Source of the DNA: Candidatus Obscuribacteraceae bacterium
Lineage (GTDB): Bacteria; Cyanobacteriota; Vampirovibrionia; Obscuribacterales; Obscuribacteraceae
Direction: 5' to 3'
Assembly (NCBI GenBank): GCA_044226015.1
Contig: JBGAHS010000003.1
Location: 672,001-736,000 of the forward strand
DNA: 64,000 bases
Shown here: piece by piece, positions 10,932 through 21,770 of the stretch
How the letters are laid out: every line of letters starts with the position of its first letter
How positions within the stretch are numbered: the first letter of the stretch is position 1
Made by a program: the position numbers and the translations under genes
Notes under the pieces: generated by a model
Seen by the model: only the letters and a program-made list of their open reading frames with translations
Told to the model about the DNA's origin: nothing
The model's database searches: none

Positions 10932-11078
10932 CTCAATCGCCGCAGCAATGCCATCGCCTGTGGTGCCGATGGCAAATGAGCAACAGGCACCCAACGCAGC
11001 TGCAGCCTGTCAATATAAAAAAACCGCTCCGCATGCGCTAAAATTTCCTGGTCGTCTCTGTGGTAATTTCAAACAGCA

Positions 11079-11771
11079 ATGAAAAACAAATTTTCCACCC
11101 AGAAGTTTTTGATAGCAATTCTTGCTGCCTTTTCTTTTTTAGCTGTTTCATTTTCTTCTAGCAGAGCTGAAGAGCTCAATCTGAGCAGATTTGAACAAGA
11201 CATAAAGAACTTCCAGAACAAAGATCAAAAACAAAAGAGAAGTTCTGCTGAAACAGTCTTTGTCGGCAGTTCAACGTTTACAATGTGGAAAAAGCTCGAA
11301 TCTGAATTCAGCGAGTTCAAGGCAATAAACCGTGGCTTTGGCGGCTCAACATTGCCAGAAATCAATCACTACTTTGATCAACTTGTTTGTAACTACAAGC
11401 CAAAAAGGGTAGTGCTTTACGCCGGTACGAACGACATCGCCGAGTTGCATCATACAGGCAAGGAAGTCGCAAAAGACGTGGAGGCATTCTACAGCAAGCT
11501 GTCTTCTTGCTGTCCTGAAGCCGAATTTTACTTTGTTTCTATGAGCATGGCACCTTGCAGAACTGAATTTGAGAATCAGTATGATGAGGGAAACAAAGCC
11601 GTCCTTGAGTTCGTGAAACGCACAAAGCATGCGCATTACATCAATGTTGTACCGCTAATGCGAAACAAGCAAAACAGACTGCGTGCAGAATTGTTCGGTC
11701 CTGATCACCTGCACATGACGGAATCAGGCTATGCGCTCTGGAAACCAGCCATTTTGAAGGCACTCCGCTAG
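11079..11771 (+). CDS. secreted SGNH/GDSL-family hydrolase
   Basis: Signal peptide. Blocks FVGSST, NRGFGG, YAGTND and DHLH. Confidence 0.88.
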   Translation: MKNKFSTQKFLIAILAAFSFLAVSFSSSRAEELNLSRFEQDIKNFQNKDQKQKRSSAETVFVGSSTFTMWKKLESEFSEFKAINRGFGGSTLPEINHYFDQLVCNYKPKRVVLYAGTNDIAELHHTGKEVAKDVEAFYSKLSSCCPEAEFYFVSMSMAPCRTEFENQYDEGNKAVLEFVKRTKHAHYINVVPLMRNKQNRLRAELFGPDHLHMTESGYALWKPAILKALR

Positions 11772-12292
11772 AGTCGTCCTTCATGAATGCGGGAAATCCG
11801 TTGTTGATGTCTTCCGGAATCAAGGGATTGGCAAAGTCATCCCATCCTGAGCGCCTCATCATGCAAAGGCTTCGACTTGAACACATAGCGAGGCTTGCAT
11901 TGTTTCACACAAACGGCTGCATTAAAGCTCATGCGAGCTTGTCAAGAGAACCTCACGCAAACCGCGCGAGGGCTCTAACTCACGATTTAATCTAACCCCA
12001 GAGAGCCAGGCATTTGTGAGCGCGTGGCCCAGCGCGCCTTGGAGGGATCCACAGAAGCCCACCGTGACTCGCGCCTACGCATTTCCCGCAGTCCACAGGG
12101 TTGACCTGCCCTGCCCCCGAACCGCAGGGTGGGGATATCACTGTTTCTTCACCACCCAACACAAGGAGTTCATCGCCTCACAAACCCATTAGCCGCAAGG
12201 CCTTTTGTGACCTCTCTTTTCAGCAGTAGCTGGGCAGGGAGCTTGTGTCTTTTTTGCGAACAACCAAACCGCTCCTGAAAGGACAAAAACAC

Positions 12293-14203
12293 ATGACTAC
12301 CGCGAACATCAAGCTGGAAGCCGCTGCGCACAACAACGACTCGGTCACCATCATCGCCTGGGACTGGACGCACGGGAAGAAGATCGAGGGCTGCCTCGGC
12401 TTCGCCATCACCCGCATCTCCAAGTCCGGCAAGCGTGAAGTGATCGAGACGAAGTTGCCCTTCGACGGCCAGCAGAACCACGACTGGAAGAGCCAACCGA
12501 GCACGGTCTGGCCCGTTCAGCGCAAGTGGTGGATCGACTTCACCGGCAGCACCGGCGAAACGTACACCTACGAAATCCAGGCCATGGGCGGCACGCCGAA
12601 CAAGCTGGTCCCCATCGCCGGCGTCGTCGCCACGACGAACGCTGTCACCCTGAGCACCACCGTCGACGAGACCTTCGATGTCGCGTTCACGCGCGGCATT
12701 CTCTCCACGCAGTGGCTCGCTCACGTCATCGGTCTCAACGCCGAAGGCGAACCGGACTTCCAGAAGATCATCGATGCGCTGGCTGACTACGAGAAGCCGG
12801 ACAACGTCATTCGCAAGCACCTGGTCGGCAACGTCCCCGGTCTGCTGATGGCGCCCATCGAGGACTGCAAGAAGGACGGCGGGCACGTCTATGCCGCGCT
12901 CTACGAACTCAGCTCGAAGCAGCTTGTGGACTTCCTCCTGAAGAACCTCAAGTATTTCTCGCTGATTCTCGGCAACACCGGCAAGGACGACCTGACCAAC
13001 ACCGCCTCCCGCAAGGCGCTGCACGCCGCCGGCGCGGACATCCACGACCGCACCATCGGTGAGTGGGGCATTCCGCACAACAAGAGCCAGGTTCGCTGCA
13101 ACAAGAGCGGGAAGCCCGTGGATGTGACGACCGGTTCGACGAACTGGACCGACACCGGCATGGGCTGCCAGGCGAACATGGTCGCTCGCGTCCGCAACGC
13201 GGAAGTGGCTGCGAACTTCAAGGACTACTGGGACCGTCTGCTCGCAGACAACTCGGTGCAGTCCCTCGAGTTCCGCAAGCGCAACGCTCGCGGTTACGAC
13301 CCGGTCAAGCTCAATGACGGCACCGTCATCGAGACCTGGTTCCAGCCCAGCATGCCCGACAAGACGAAGCCGCGCGACGCCGAGCTGTCGCCGTTCCTGA
13401 AGCGCGTCAAATCGCTGATGGAAGGCGCCAAGGAAGTGCTCTGCGGCGAAGTCTTCTACCCCGGAAGCCCGTCCGTGGTCCACTTCATGGCGGAAATCTG
13501 GGACAATCGTCCGGACCTCTACCAGTTCCTCACGGTCAGCACCCCCGACGCCCTGCGTGGCGTCAAGTGCAAGCGCCGCAAGGGACGGCAGCCGCTCTTC
13601 ACGCTGGCGACCGGTCGGGAGTCCGACTTCGCCGACTTCGTGAAGGAACTGCTCAAGCTGCCGGAAGCTCATGCCATCACGCATGGCAAGATCATCGTCA
13701 TCGACCCGTGGGGGGAGAAGCCGGTGGTCATCTTTGGCTCCGATAACCTCGGTGCCAAGGCGAGCTACGGCAACGACGAAAACGCGCTGATCGTCATCGG
13801 CAACAAGCGTCTCGCTCAGTTCGTTTTCGTGAACATGTTCGATGTGAACAAGCACTTCCAGTCGCGCGCCGCCTCTCGGGCTGCCCGCTTCGGAGGCAAC
13901 AAGTCCGGCTGGACCGGTCGCTTGAGCACGACGGACACCTGGCAGTCCTACTGGCTGGACGGTTACCACGCGCTCGAAGCCCAACTGCTTGCCACCGGCA
14001 AGTGGGACGGCAGCGGACTCGAGGACGACCCGAACGCCAAGCCGGAATTCGTGATTCCGTGGCAGCCGCGCCCGCGCAACGCTGCCATCGGTGCGGTTCC
14101 GTCCGACGACGACAACAGCGTGCTTGCCGGCGACCTCGAACATCTCCGCTTCGGCAACGTGCCGGCAGCGTTCATGGACGAGCCGCCGGTCGACTCGCAC
14201 TAA
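12293..14203 (+). CDS. phospholipase D / nuclease superfamily protein with two HKD-type motifs
   Basis: AAGGA RBS. Motif 1 HNKSQVRC...GSTNWT and motif 2 HGKIIVID...GSDNL...NDEN. N-terminal beta domain (CLGFAI.R, PVQRKWW.DF). Confidence 0.85.
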   Translation: MTTANIKLEAAAHNNDSVTIIAWDWTHGKKIEGCLGFAITRISKSGKREVIETKLPFDGQQNHDWKSQPSTVWPVQRKWWIDFTGSTGETYTYEIQAMGGTPNKLVPIAGVVATTNAVTLSTTVDETFDVAFTRGILSTQWLAHVIGLNAEGEPDFQKIIDALADYEKPDNVIRKHLVGNVPGLLMAPIEDCKKDGGHVYAALYELSSKQLVDFLLKNLKYFSLILGNTGKDDLTNTASRKALHAAGADIHDRTIGEWGIPHNKSQVRCNKSGKPVDVTTGSTNWTDTGMGCQANMVARVRNAEVAANFKDYWDRLLADNSVQSLEFRKRNARGYDPVKLNDGTVIETWFQPSMPDKTKPRDAELSPFLKRVKSLMEGAKEVLCGEVFYPGSPSVVHFMAEIWDNRPDLYQFLTVSTPDALRGVKCKRRKGRQPLFTLATGRESDFADFVKELLKLPEAHAITHGKIIVIDPWGEKPVVIFGSDNLGAKASYGNDENALIVIGNKRLAQFVFVNMFDVNKHFQSRAASRAARFGGNKSGWTGRLSTTDTWQSYWLDGYHALEAQLLATGKWDGSGLEDDPNAKPEFVIPWQPRPRNAAIGAVPSDDDNSVLAGDLEHLRFGNVPAAFMDEPPVDSH

Positions 14204-14312
14204 CAAGTGCGCAGTCTGAACTGACATGAACCCAGGACTGGAGGAGCGAAAGCTTCTCCTTTCCTGGGTTCTCTGTTTCTCATTTACAAACAACTTCAAA
14301 AGGAAACTCTGA

Positions 14313-14636
14313 ATGAAAACCTGCGACACGACCACCTGCGGCGCCACCTCTTGCTCCGGCGCCTGCGCCTGCTCCAAGGGCATCCGCACGCTCTACCTGC
14401 CGGCACGCGGTCCCAACGAGCGGCTCGGCGAATTCGGCATCGTGCGCTCCGCCGAGGCCAACATGGTCGAAGTCCCCAACAACTGGGACATCGTTCCCAG
14501 CAGCGTCAGCCCCTACCACCGGCATCTGGTCGATGGCAACGGCAAGCCGGTCTGCTGCATCCTCGACAAGTCGCTCGGCGGCGGCAGCTACCAGTTCACC
14601 TGCAGCGACAACTGCGCCGACGCGGCCAAGAGCTAA
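14313..14636 (+). CDS. small Cys/His-rich hypothetical protein (paralog of 16682-17011)
   Basis: AAGGA RBS, GC3-biased codons, clear paralog 2.4 kb downstream. Confidence 0.75.
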   Translation: MKTCDTTTCGATSCSGACACSKGIRTLYLPARGPNERLGEFGIVRSAEANMVEVPNNWDIVPSSVSPYHRHLVDGNGKPVCCILDKSLGGGSYQFTCSDNCADAAKS

Positions 14637-14690
14637 GCTCTCGACGCCATCCGAAGCACGGCACATCGCCGTAACTCACGGAGTTCACAA

Positions 14691-14942
14691 ATGACCCTCT
14701 GGCTCATCGCCGGAACCTTGTTCATCATCGGACTGGCTTCCGGCTTCTTTGCTGTCAAGTCGCAATTCAGCCGCAGCGACGCAGTCGTGCCCACGATACT
14801 ACTGGTGGTGCTCGCCCCGCTCTCCGGCTTCATGCTGTACAGCGGAACCGACGCCATCCAGTACATGGGACTGTATCTGCTGCTCTGCGTCGGACAGCTC
14901 ATCGGACTGCTGGTTCGGGGGCTGAATCTCCTCGAACGCTGA
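14691..14942 (+). CDS. small membrane protein (about 3 TM)
   Basis: GGAG RBS, three hydrophobic segments, followed by a hairpin and U-tract. Confidence 0.7.
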   Translation: MTLWLIAGTLFIIGLASGFFAVKSQFSRSDAVVPTILLVVLAPLSGFMLYSGTDAIQYMGLYLLLCVGQLIGLLVRGLNLLER

Positions 14943-15238
14943 ACTAGAAAACTGCCAATCGGAAGCGAAAGCTCTGGTTGGCAGTTTTTCTTTTGCACGC
15001 TTCTACTACCGGGAATCGTAGCACAGCAAACACACTCGGGGTCAAGCAAAAGCCTTGCATTCATTGTGCCTCCCAAGGCAAACCTTATGCATGCCTGAGC
15101 CACCGCTAGTGACACCAATGCAAGCGCAGCAGATTTCACAAAAGCTCAGCTAGAACCGCCATGATGGCGGCGCTCCCAGTCCCTTCTGAACAGCCAGAAG
15201 GATTGCGTTCCCAGCACCCTTGAACCCATCAACACAAT

Positions 15239-16318
15239 TTACTTCCCTGTGCCTGCAGCTGATTTTGCGCCGCCATTAGCAGCAGCAGCCGAGCTTCCTC
15301 CATACAGCATCGCAACAGTTTTCTTATCTCTCTCTGACATAATTCCTCTGGCTGCCTCGTAATTGGCTGCAGCAAACATCACATCATCTGGTCCGCTACT
15401 GTGCCCACCAATTCCAATAGCATGCCCTACTTCATGCAAGCAAACATGCCGCACATAGGTATCAGTAATACCATTGGTCATCATCGGATGCTGCGTCAAG
15501 ATTATCATTTCCACACGCATAATATGCCGGGTCGGATCTTGCAAAACTAGAGCTTGCCCGCCTTCCTGCGGATTCACCACATCTTTGATATTTGCAGACC
15601 ACTGACAGTTAACTCCGTTGTTTTGCATCGAGTCGACGAAATTAAATTGCAACTTTCCGCCGGAAGCATCGGACCATTGCTTGAAGGCTCCTTTCAAAAG
15701 TTCCACATACTCCGGCTTGAAGCCAGGGACATTTTCGCCCGACTTGATGTAAACATTCACTGGCATTTTAGCCCACGAGCCGCCACCACCGGCGATGGCT
15801 TCATTCAAGTAATTGTCTTGGCCTTTGCTGCTAACTCCTTTCATTCGATCTACTTCGATCTGCAACGTTTTTATCATCAGGTTTATGCGTGGAGCATATT
15901 GCCCCTTCGGAAAAGCAGCCAGATATTTCTTGTAAGTAGACAACGCTTCGGAGCTCTGACCGTTTAATTGATAAAGCTGCCCAATATTCACTAACACCAT
16001 TTCATCATTTGGGTGCAAAGCATCTGCTTTCTTAAGCTCTTCCAAGGCTTCAGCATTTCTTCCACGCAAAGCTAGCGCAGAGCCCAAATTTTGATGAGCA
16101 GCATAAAAATTTGGCAGCGCTTTAACTACAGTCTTTAGTTTTTCTATAGCTTGATCAGTCTTGCCAGTCTGCATGTCTGCCTGAGCACCGTTGAAAATGT
16201 TCATCAACTCCATGGTCATTCCCGGCGGTGCCTCGATGGTCTGTGCGGACACCGCAACTGAAAACAAAATCAACCCGAGAGAAATAGCAAGCGAGGATGA
16301 GAGTTTTGAAATGCGCAT
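15239..16318 (-). CDS. secreted TPR + matrixin (M10-like metzincin) protease
   Basis: Signal peptide, TPR-like helical repeats, HEVGHAIGIGGHS zinc motif and DVM Met-turn. Confidence 0.88.
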   Translation of the reverse strand: MRISKLSSSLAISLGLILFSVAVSAQTIEAPPGMTMELMNIFNGAQADMQTGKTDQAIEKLKTVVKALPNFYAAHQNLGSALALRGRNAEALEELKKADALHPNDEMVLVNIGQLYQLNGQSSEALSTYKKYLAAFPKGQYAPRINLMIKTLQIEVDRMKGVSSKGQDNYLNEAIAGGGGSWAKMPVNVYIKSGENVPGFKPEYVELLKGAFKQWSDASGGKLQFNFVDSMQNNGVNCQWSANIKDVVNPQEGGQALVLQDPTRHIMRVEMIILTQHPMMTNGITDTYVRHVCLHEVGHAIGIGGHSSGPDDVMFAAANYEAARGIMSERDKKTVAMLYGGSSAAAANGGAKSAAGTGK

Positions 16319-16681
16319 TCAAGGCTCCTGAAAAACTTTCCAGTGTGAACATTCCTCAATCTAAGCAAGCTAAAACACTGCATGTGTTCTGTGTGTTTGT
16401 GCAGTTGGCAGAGCTGGGCCGACTAACTTTTGTTAACTCCCGTAGATACACCATGCCCCTGCGCTTGAGGCGGCATGCCCCTGCCTGCAAGAGTGAGTCA
16501 CAACTCTTATCGCCTCGACACCAATAAACGCCATACCCAGAACACAGCCAGACCAATATTCATCCTTTACCAGCTTAGCGACTAGCGCTGAGCGAGGTGA
16601 ATTGTCGGCTGCGGCGATCTGAGTTTTTCGCTGACTTCCTTGAAGCCAGTAACTCTCAACGTGATAGCGAAAGGATACCCA

Positions 16682-17011
16682 ATGAGCAACGACACCACCG
16701 CCAAGACGAAGTGCGACGCCTGCGCCTGCGGCAATCTGAAGCATGTGCACATCCCGCCGCGCGGTCCCATCGACGAGCTCGTGGCTCGCGGCGCCAGGCG
16801 CACCTGCATGCCCGCGGACTTCCACAGCATCCAGATCGCGGTTCCGCGCGACTGGGCCATTCTGCCGACCGGCGTCAGCGACCTGCACGACCATCTCTGC
16901 GACGGCGAAGGCAACGTGATTGCCTGCATCCTCCGCAAGACCGGAAGCGGCGGCGCCGGCTCTTTCCAGATCGCCAGCAAGGACAACTGCGCCGAACTGG
17001 CGAACAGCTGA
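16682..17011 (+). CDS. small Cys/His-rich hypothetical protein (paralog of 14313-14636)
   Basis: AAGGA RBS before ATG 16682. Shares ACAC, PxRGP, VPxxWxIxP, HxHLxDGxG, CIL and DNCA with 14313-14636. Confidence 0.75.
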   Translation: MSNDTTAKTKCDACACGNLKHVHIPPRGPIDELVARGARRTCMPADFHSIQIAVPRDWAILPTGVSDLHDHLCDGEGNVIACILRKTGSGGAGSFQIASKDNCAELANS

Positions 17012-17113
17012 TTCCCGTGGTGCGTTGATTCACGTTGAACAACGCACTGCACGTTTCTCCCTGAGGCGGCTTCATACGAAGCCGCTTTCATTCCAACAAC
17101 TCGGAGCAAAACA

Positions 17114-17677
17114 ATGACTTCGGACGAAGCCAAGAAAGTCGTTATCAACTTCTTCAAGACCCTCCTCCTCGTCGACATCGGCTGGGCGGCAATTCTCGCC
17201 ACCCTTCAATCGCTGATTCTCGGTCAGGCGGGTGTCTCCATCGGCGCCAGCGGCGTCGCCACCACCGTCGCGGTCGGCACCAGCTGGATCATGACGTTCG
17301 TCCTCGGACTCTTCCAGGGCGCGCTGCTCCTGTTCTTCATCATGCTCATCTGGGGCGGCTGGTTCTACTTCTACCGCCTCGTGACGCACACGCTCGACCG
17401 CGGCGCGCAGCAAGCCATCGCCATGGTCTTCCTCGGCGTGGGCGCGCTTGACGTGCTCTGGGGCGTCCTCCAGGGTCTCTACTCCGCCGCGATCGTCGCG
17501 GGCATCGGCTCGGCCCCTGCGGTCAGCGCCAGCATGCCTGTTCTGATTTCGGCCTCGGTGCTGAGCTTCATCGTGTCGTTCGGCATCGGGCTCTTCTTCG
17601 CCGCCGTCGCCTTGACCGTTCTCGCGGCCTTCGGCATCGTCGGCATGATCATCTGGAGCTGGTTCACCAAGAAGTGA
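17114..17677 (+). CDS. hypothetical integral membrane protein
   Basis: GGAG RBS, 4-5 hydrophobic segments, followed by a hairpin (CAGAGAGGGT...ACCCTCTCTG) and U-tract. Confidence 0.75.
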   Translation: MTSDEAKKVVINFFKTLLLVDIGWAAILATLQSLILGQAGVSIGASGVATTVAVGTSWIMTFVLGLFQGALLLFFIMLIWGGWFYFYRLVTHTLDRGAQQAIAMVFLGVGALDVLWGVLQGLYSAAIVAGIGSAPAVSASMPVLISASVLSFIVSFGIGLFFAAVALTVLAAFGIVGMIIWSWFTKK

Positions 17678-18287
17678 ACTGAGGTCTGATGGCTGAACCA
17701 GAGAGGGTTGGGAACTAGCTCCCGACCCTCTCTGGATTTTGCAAACGGAAAAGGAGAAATTGGTGCTAAGCCAAGAACCCTTGGTACATCATATTTTTCC
17801 GCCCTACTGCTACAAGTATTAGTAGAATGCCAAAAAGGGGAAAACGGCAAAAAACTTCGCTCGAAAAATGCCACCATTATCGATACCAGCCATAACGATG
17901 ACAGAGTCGCTAAAACTCAAATTTGAAGTAACCCAGCACACGCTTCGATAGCTGCGCAAGCAAAGACAAAAAATGAGTTTCAGATCAGCTGCCACGTCGG
18001 GTAGCGCCGAAGCTAGCATCATCAGGCGCCAATGTAAGCATGCAGGCTGGGCGGCTTTTAAATCTTAAAGAGAACTTAGACCACAGCCTCCGCGGGCAGT
18101 TGCAGACTCAGCATCATGTCTGTTAGGTGTACTGCACCTACCCGTAACAGCAAACAACAGTTCGAAAAACACCAAGCAAGCCCACTTCGCATCAATGATT
18201 TTTTGAGAACCAGCAAATTCATTTGCTCAGTTCGAATTGCCTGTCTGCTGCATCTCACTGGCTTCTAACTTAACAACGGAGCTCCCT

Positions 18288-19604
18288 ATGGAACGCATAA
18301 CAGCGATCTTCGGGATGCTGACTATACTTGCTGTTTGTGTGCTCATTTCCGAGTCACAATCAAACATGCAAGAAACGTCGCGTCTCAAACGTTTCTTCAA
18401 GAGAGTTCAGGATGGCTTCCGCAGCGTCAATTGGCGACTTGTATGCACTGGAATCGCATGCAATTTCGTCCTTGCTGCAGTCATGCTGAAAGTGCCAGGA
18501 ACCAGCGATGCCGTCATGAGCATCGGCACTGGCATCGCCAAAATGATCGACTTCGCAATGGAAGGTGCAGTTTTTGTTCTCGGCGACACTCTCGTCCATG
18601 GCAAATTCTTCAAGCCCGGACAGGAAGTCGCTCAGCAAGAATTCATCTTCGCAATCAGAATCGGCTTCTCAATCATCTTCGTCTCAGGGCTGGTTTCAAT
18701 CGCCTATTACTTCGGGCTGCTGCAGCGCGTTGTGAAGCTATTCGCTCGCTTCTTGATGAAGTCTCTCGGACTTTCTGGTCCAGAGTCGCTCTCCTGCGCA
18801 GCGGCAGCGTTTGTCGGACAGGTCGAATGCCAGCTCTTGATCAAGCCCTACATGCCCAAGTTGACCCGGTCTGAGCTCTTCACTTCGATGACTGCGGCCA
18901 TGGCCACAACTGCCGGCTCGGCACTCGTAGTGTACGTGAGCATGGGAATGCCGGCGAACTTCCTGATAACCGCATCGCTGATGTCCGCACTCAACGGCAT
19001 CATTCTGGCGAAGATTGTTTGCCCCGAGAAAGAGCCTCACAAGCTCATTCGTGACTCGAACATCGAACTGTCAGTCGACGGCGTAAACGTCTTCGACGCA
19101 GCATCACACGGCGTAATGAGCGGCGCAGATATCGCGGTCAAAGTAATCACCATGGTGGCATTCGCAATCGGCTTCATGGCGATGGTCAACTTCGGCCTCG
19201 AGAAAGTTCTTGCATCGGTTGGCATTCATGCCACGGTCCAAGACATTCTAGCCTACCCGTTCATGCCAGTTGCATGGCTCATCGGCGTGCCCTGGCACGA
19301 GTGCTTCCACGTCGGCAGGCTCATGGCGACCGAACTGGTCTTCAACGAAGTCGTGTCTTACGGAGAACTCGCTCCTGTCATTCACGGCGCTGGACCATAC
19401 CTGCTTGCAGCGAAAACGCAGCTCATCGCTTCTGTAGCGCTCTGCGGCTTCGCGCACCTCGGCTCCATTGGTATCAACATTGGTGGCTTGGGTGCAATGG
19501 CTCCAGAACGCCGTGCCGAAATCGCAGGGATGGCATTCAAATCCATGATGGTCGCTAACATGGCCACCTGGTTGAGTGCTGCAATCTGCGGAATTCTTTA
19601 CTAA
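18288..19604 (+). CDS. nupC: CNT-family nucleoside transporter (NupC-like)
   Basis: FVGQVE, LTRSEL, MATTAGS, LVFNEVVSY and LCGFAHLGSIGINIGG motifs; GGAG RBS before ATG 18288. Confidence 0.9.
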   Translation: MERITAIFGMLTILAVCVLISESQSNMQETSRLKRFFKRVQDGFRSVNWRLVCTGIACNFVLAAVMLKVPGTSDAVMSIGTGIAKMIDFAMEGAVFVLGDTLVHGKFFKPGQEVAQQEFIFAIRIGFSIIFVSGLVSIAYYFGLLQRVVKLFARFLMKSLGLSGPESLSCAAAAFVGQVECQLLIKPYMPKLTRSELFTSMTAAMATTAGSALVVYVSMGMPANFLITASLMSALNGIILAKIVCPEKEPHKLIRDSNIELSVDGVNVFDAASHGVMSGADIAVKVITMVAFAIGFMAMVNFGLEKVLASVGIHATVQDILAYPFMPVAWLIGVPWHECFHVGRLMATELVFNEVVSYGELAPVIHGAGPYLLAAKTQLIASVALCGFAHLGSIGINIGGLGAMAPERRAEIAGMAFKSMMVANMATWLSAAICGILY

Positions 19605-19783
19605 GTCCGCATTTAACACCGAGAGCGCGTCTCTGGGCTCGCTCTCGGTTATGACCCCATGCTGCCACCTCCTCGTGGTGGGGTCGGAAATCATCTCCAC
19701 AGAAGAGATGAGCTAAGTGAAAGGTCAGGTGACCTTTCAAGCGCAGCCCAGAAAACTCTCAACACAACAGACAAAGGTAAAAC

Positions 19784-20077
19784 ATGAACACCCTGATCTT
19801 CACTCTCGTTGCGGCAAGCCTCGCTTCAGCAGCCAGCTACGCTCTCAGCGCCTGGTTCTGGAACACCGAGTATTCACGCACGAATCACAGTGGTGATGGC
19901 GGCGGACCTGCCGGCGGCGTCTGGTGCACCTTCGGCGGAACGGCCGCATCTCTCATCCTGCTGGCTAAATTCTGGCCCTCTTACATTCCTGCGGACCACG
20001 CAATCTGGGTGCTTGGGCTTGTAGCAGCTAGCTCTTTCATCGCAGGGTTCGTGCCCCTCTTCCGCAACAAGCGCTGA
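19784..20077 (+). CDS. small membrane protein
   Basis: AAAGGT RBS and three hydrophobic segments. Confidence 0.65.
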   Translation: MNTLIFTLVAASLASAASYALSAWFWNTEYSRTNHSGDGGGPAGGVWCTFGGTAASLILLAKFWPSYIPADHAIWVLGLVAASSFIAGFVPLFRNKR

Positions 20078-20622
20078 GCCCCATAAGGCTGAAAGCGCCT
20101 TAAGTTGAACTCGACGAGGGAATGGTATGGCAAATCTCTTGCCTATCATTCCCTCCTTCTTTCGTTCTTTTCGCTTTTCCAAACACTACTACGCCTGATA
20201 GCAGACCATAACACAACTCGAAAACTCAAGGATCAAGAGCGAAGCTGGGCGTACAAAGATCTGCAAAAGCGCTTGAATGACTAATTGAGATCCTTCTCAT
20301 TGTTCTGCAAATTCATGACACCAGGCACGGTGCAAATAAAGCATTCCTTAAGCTTTGAAAGACTTATACTTAGCGTTTCTTCAGTTTTTGCATTTGGCGG
20401 ATACTTTCTTGCGACAGAGGGATAAAGTTTATCCCGCCCTGGGGGTAGGGCATGCAGGGCTGCGCCAGGCTGCTTTAAATGAAAATACGCACAGCTACCA
20501 CACAGCCAGTGGATATAGGGGGCTCGTGTGTAAGAGGATATGGCGTCCATTTTTCATTACTCAGATACAGGAGCGAACCACCGAAACCCCCAAGCAACTG
20601 AAGTTCACGAAAGGAACAGCGA

Positions 20623-21132
20623 GTGCCTGAAATTCTTCTGTCTCTCATTCTCTCATCATCGCTTCTATTGCTCGTCGTCACAGCGCAGCTCTACACCGTC
20701 TTCGAACCGTACATAGCATATCGGCGAAGGACTGCTGATGCTGTCGAGCTCATCATGTACCACTCACAGGACAAGAAGTTGCACATCATCGCTGAATGGT
20801 GGGCAGCTCGTCTTTCGACTCCTGCAACGGCATGGTACGAAGAGGAAAACGATGACGCTCGCGCCCTCAAAGAATCAATTCTGGAAGGTCTCGTGCGTCA
20901 TCGATTTTTGTTCGGCGACGACCCCGTGAAACTTGAGTACGGAACTCGAGTTTCGCCTCTGCTGACTCGCGCTCTGATGCAGGTGCAGGCAGCGATGCCC
21001 GAGCTTGCTAAAGTCAACAGAGTAATGAGCGTGAAACCAAATGTGGTGACTGTCGATGGCAACATCTGCATCTGGCGAGGTCGACCACGTGAGTACAAGT
21101 CGCGCTTTTGCGACTTCTATCCAGAACCATAA
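20623..21132 (+). CDS. hypothetical protein with N-terminal TM helix
   Basis: AAGGA RBS before GTG; co-oriented with and close to the next gene. Confidence 0.6.
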   Translation: MPEILLSLILSSSLLLLVVTAQLYTVFEPYIAYRRRTADAVELIMYHSQDKKLHIIAEWWAARLSTPATAWYEEENDDARALKESILEGLVRHRFLFGDDPVKLEYGTRVSPLLTRALMQVQAAMPELAKVNRVMSVKPNVVTVDGNICIWRGRPREYKSRFCDFYPEP

Positions 21133-21159
21133 CAACAAGAATCCCGAAAGGATAGCATC

Positions 21160-21735
21160 ATGCATGACATGCACATGATGATGGGCGCAGCCTGCTGCTC
21201 ATCAGGACATTCCACCGAATGGATGTCTTATCTTGGACTCTTCCTCTCGATGCTGTTCGGAGCATTCCATGCTTCGCGCATGTTCCAGAAGACGTGCCGC
21301 CAGGGTGAAGACGCTTGCCACCTGTTCATGTATGCCGGCATGGCCTACATGTTCATTCCCAACCCTGAGCTTCACGTCATCCCCGGCTCGCTCTGGGCTC
21401 TGGCGTTCAGCATCACGGCGCTTCTTTCCGTCACCAAGATGTATCGCACTCAAAACGCTTCCACTAGCGGCGTCCTGCATACGCTCATGAACCTCGCCAT
21501 GGCCAGCATGTTCGTCGTGCTGCCAGGTGCAGAATTCACCAACACGCTCTGGAACGTGTTCTACGGCGTTTACATCGGCTTCTACGCGATCAAATTCTTC
21601 TCGCCCCAAGCTGCCATGGAAGGTGGCACCGGCGATCGCTTCAACCCTGCACTCGTCTACAACGTTTCCAACATCGTCATGGCAGCTCTGATGCTCGCTA
21701 TGACTCTCACCCCCATGTGCATGCACATGGGCTAA
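21160..21735 (+). CDS. Met/His-rich membrane protein (DUF5134-like)
   Basis: Repeated H-x-x-M-x-x-x-M-x-x-M helices (HLFMYAGMAYMF, HTLMNLAMASMF, NIVMAALMLAM). Met/His-rich termini. Confidence 0.7.
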   Translation: MHDMHMMMGAACCSSGHSTEWMSYLGLFLSMLFGAFHASRMFQKTCRQGEDACHLFMYAGMAYMFIPNPELHVIPGSLWALAFSITALLSVTKMYRTQNASTSGVLHTLMNLAMASMFVVLPGAEFTNTLWNVFYGVYIGFYAIKFFSPQAAMEGGTGDRFNPALVYNVSNIVMAALMLAMTLTPMCMHMG

Positions 21736-21770
21736 TTCAATCGCAAGCACAAAAAGAAAGGAAGAAACTC

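Noticed and set aside
12170..14389. 739-aa minus-strand ORF
   Set aside because: Antisense shadow of the GC3-biased PLD gene; no motifs and atypical composition.
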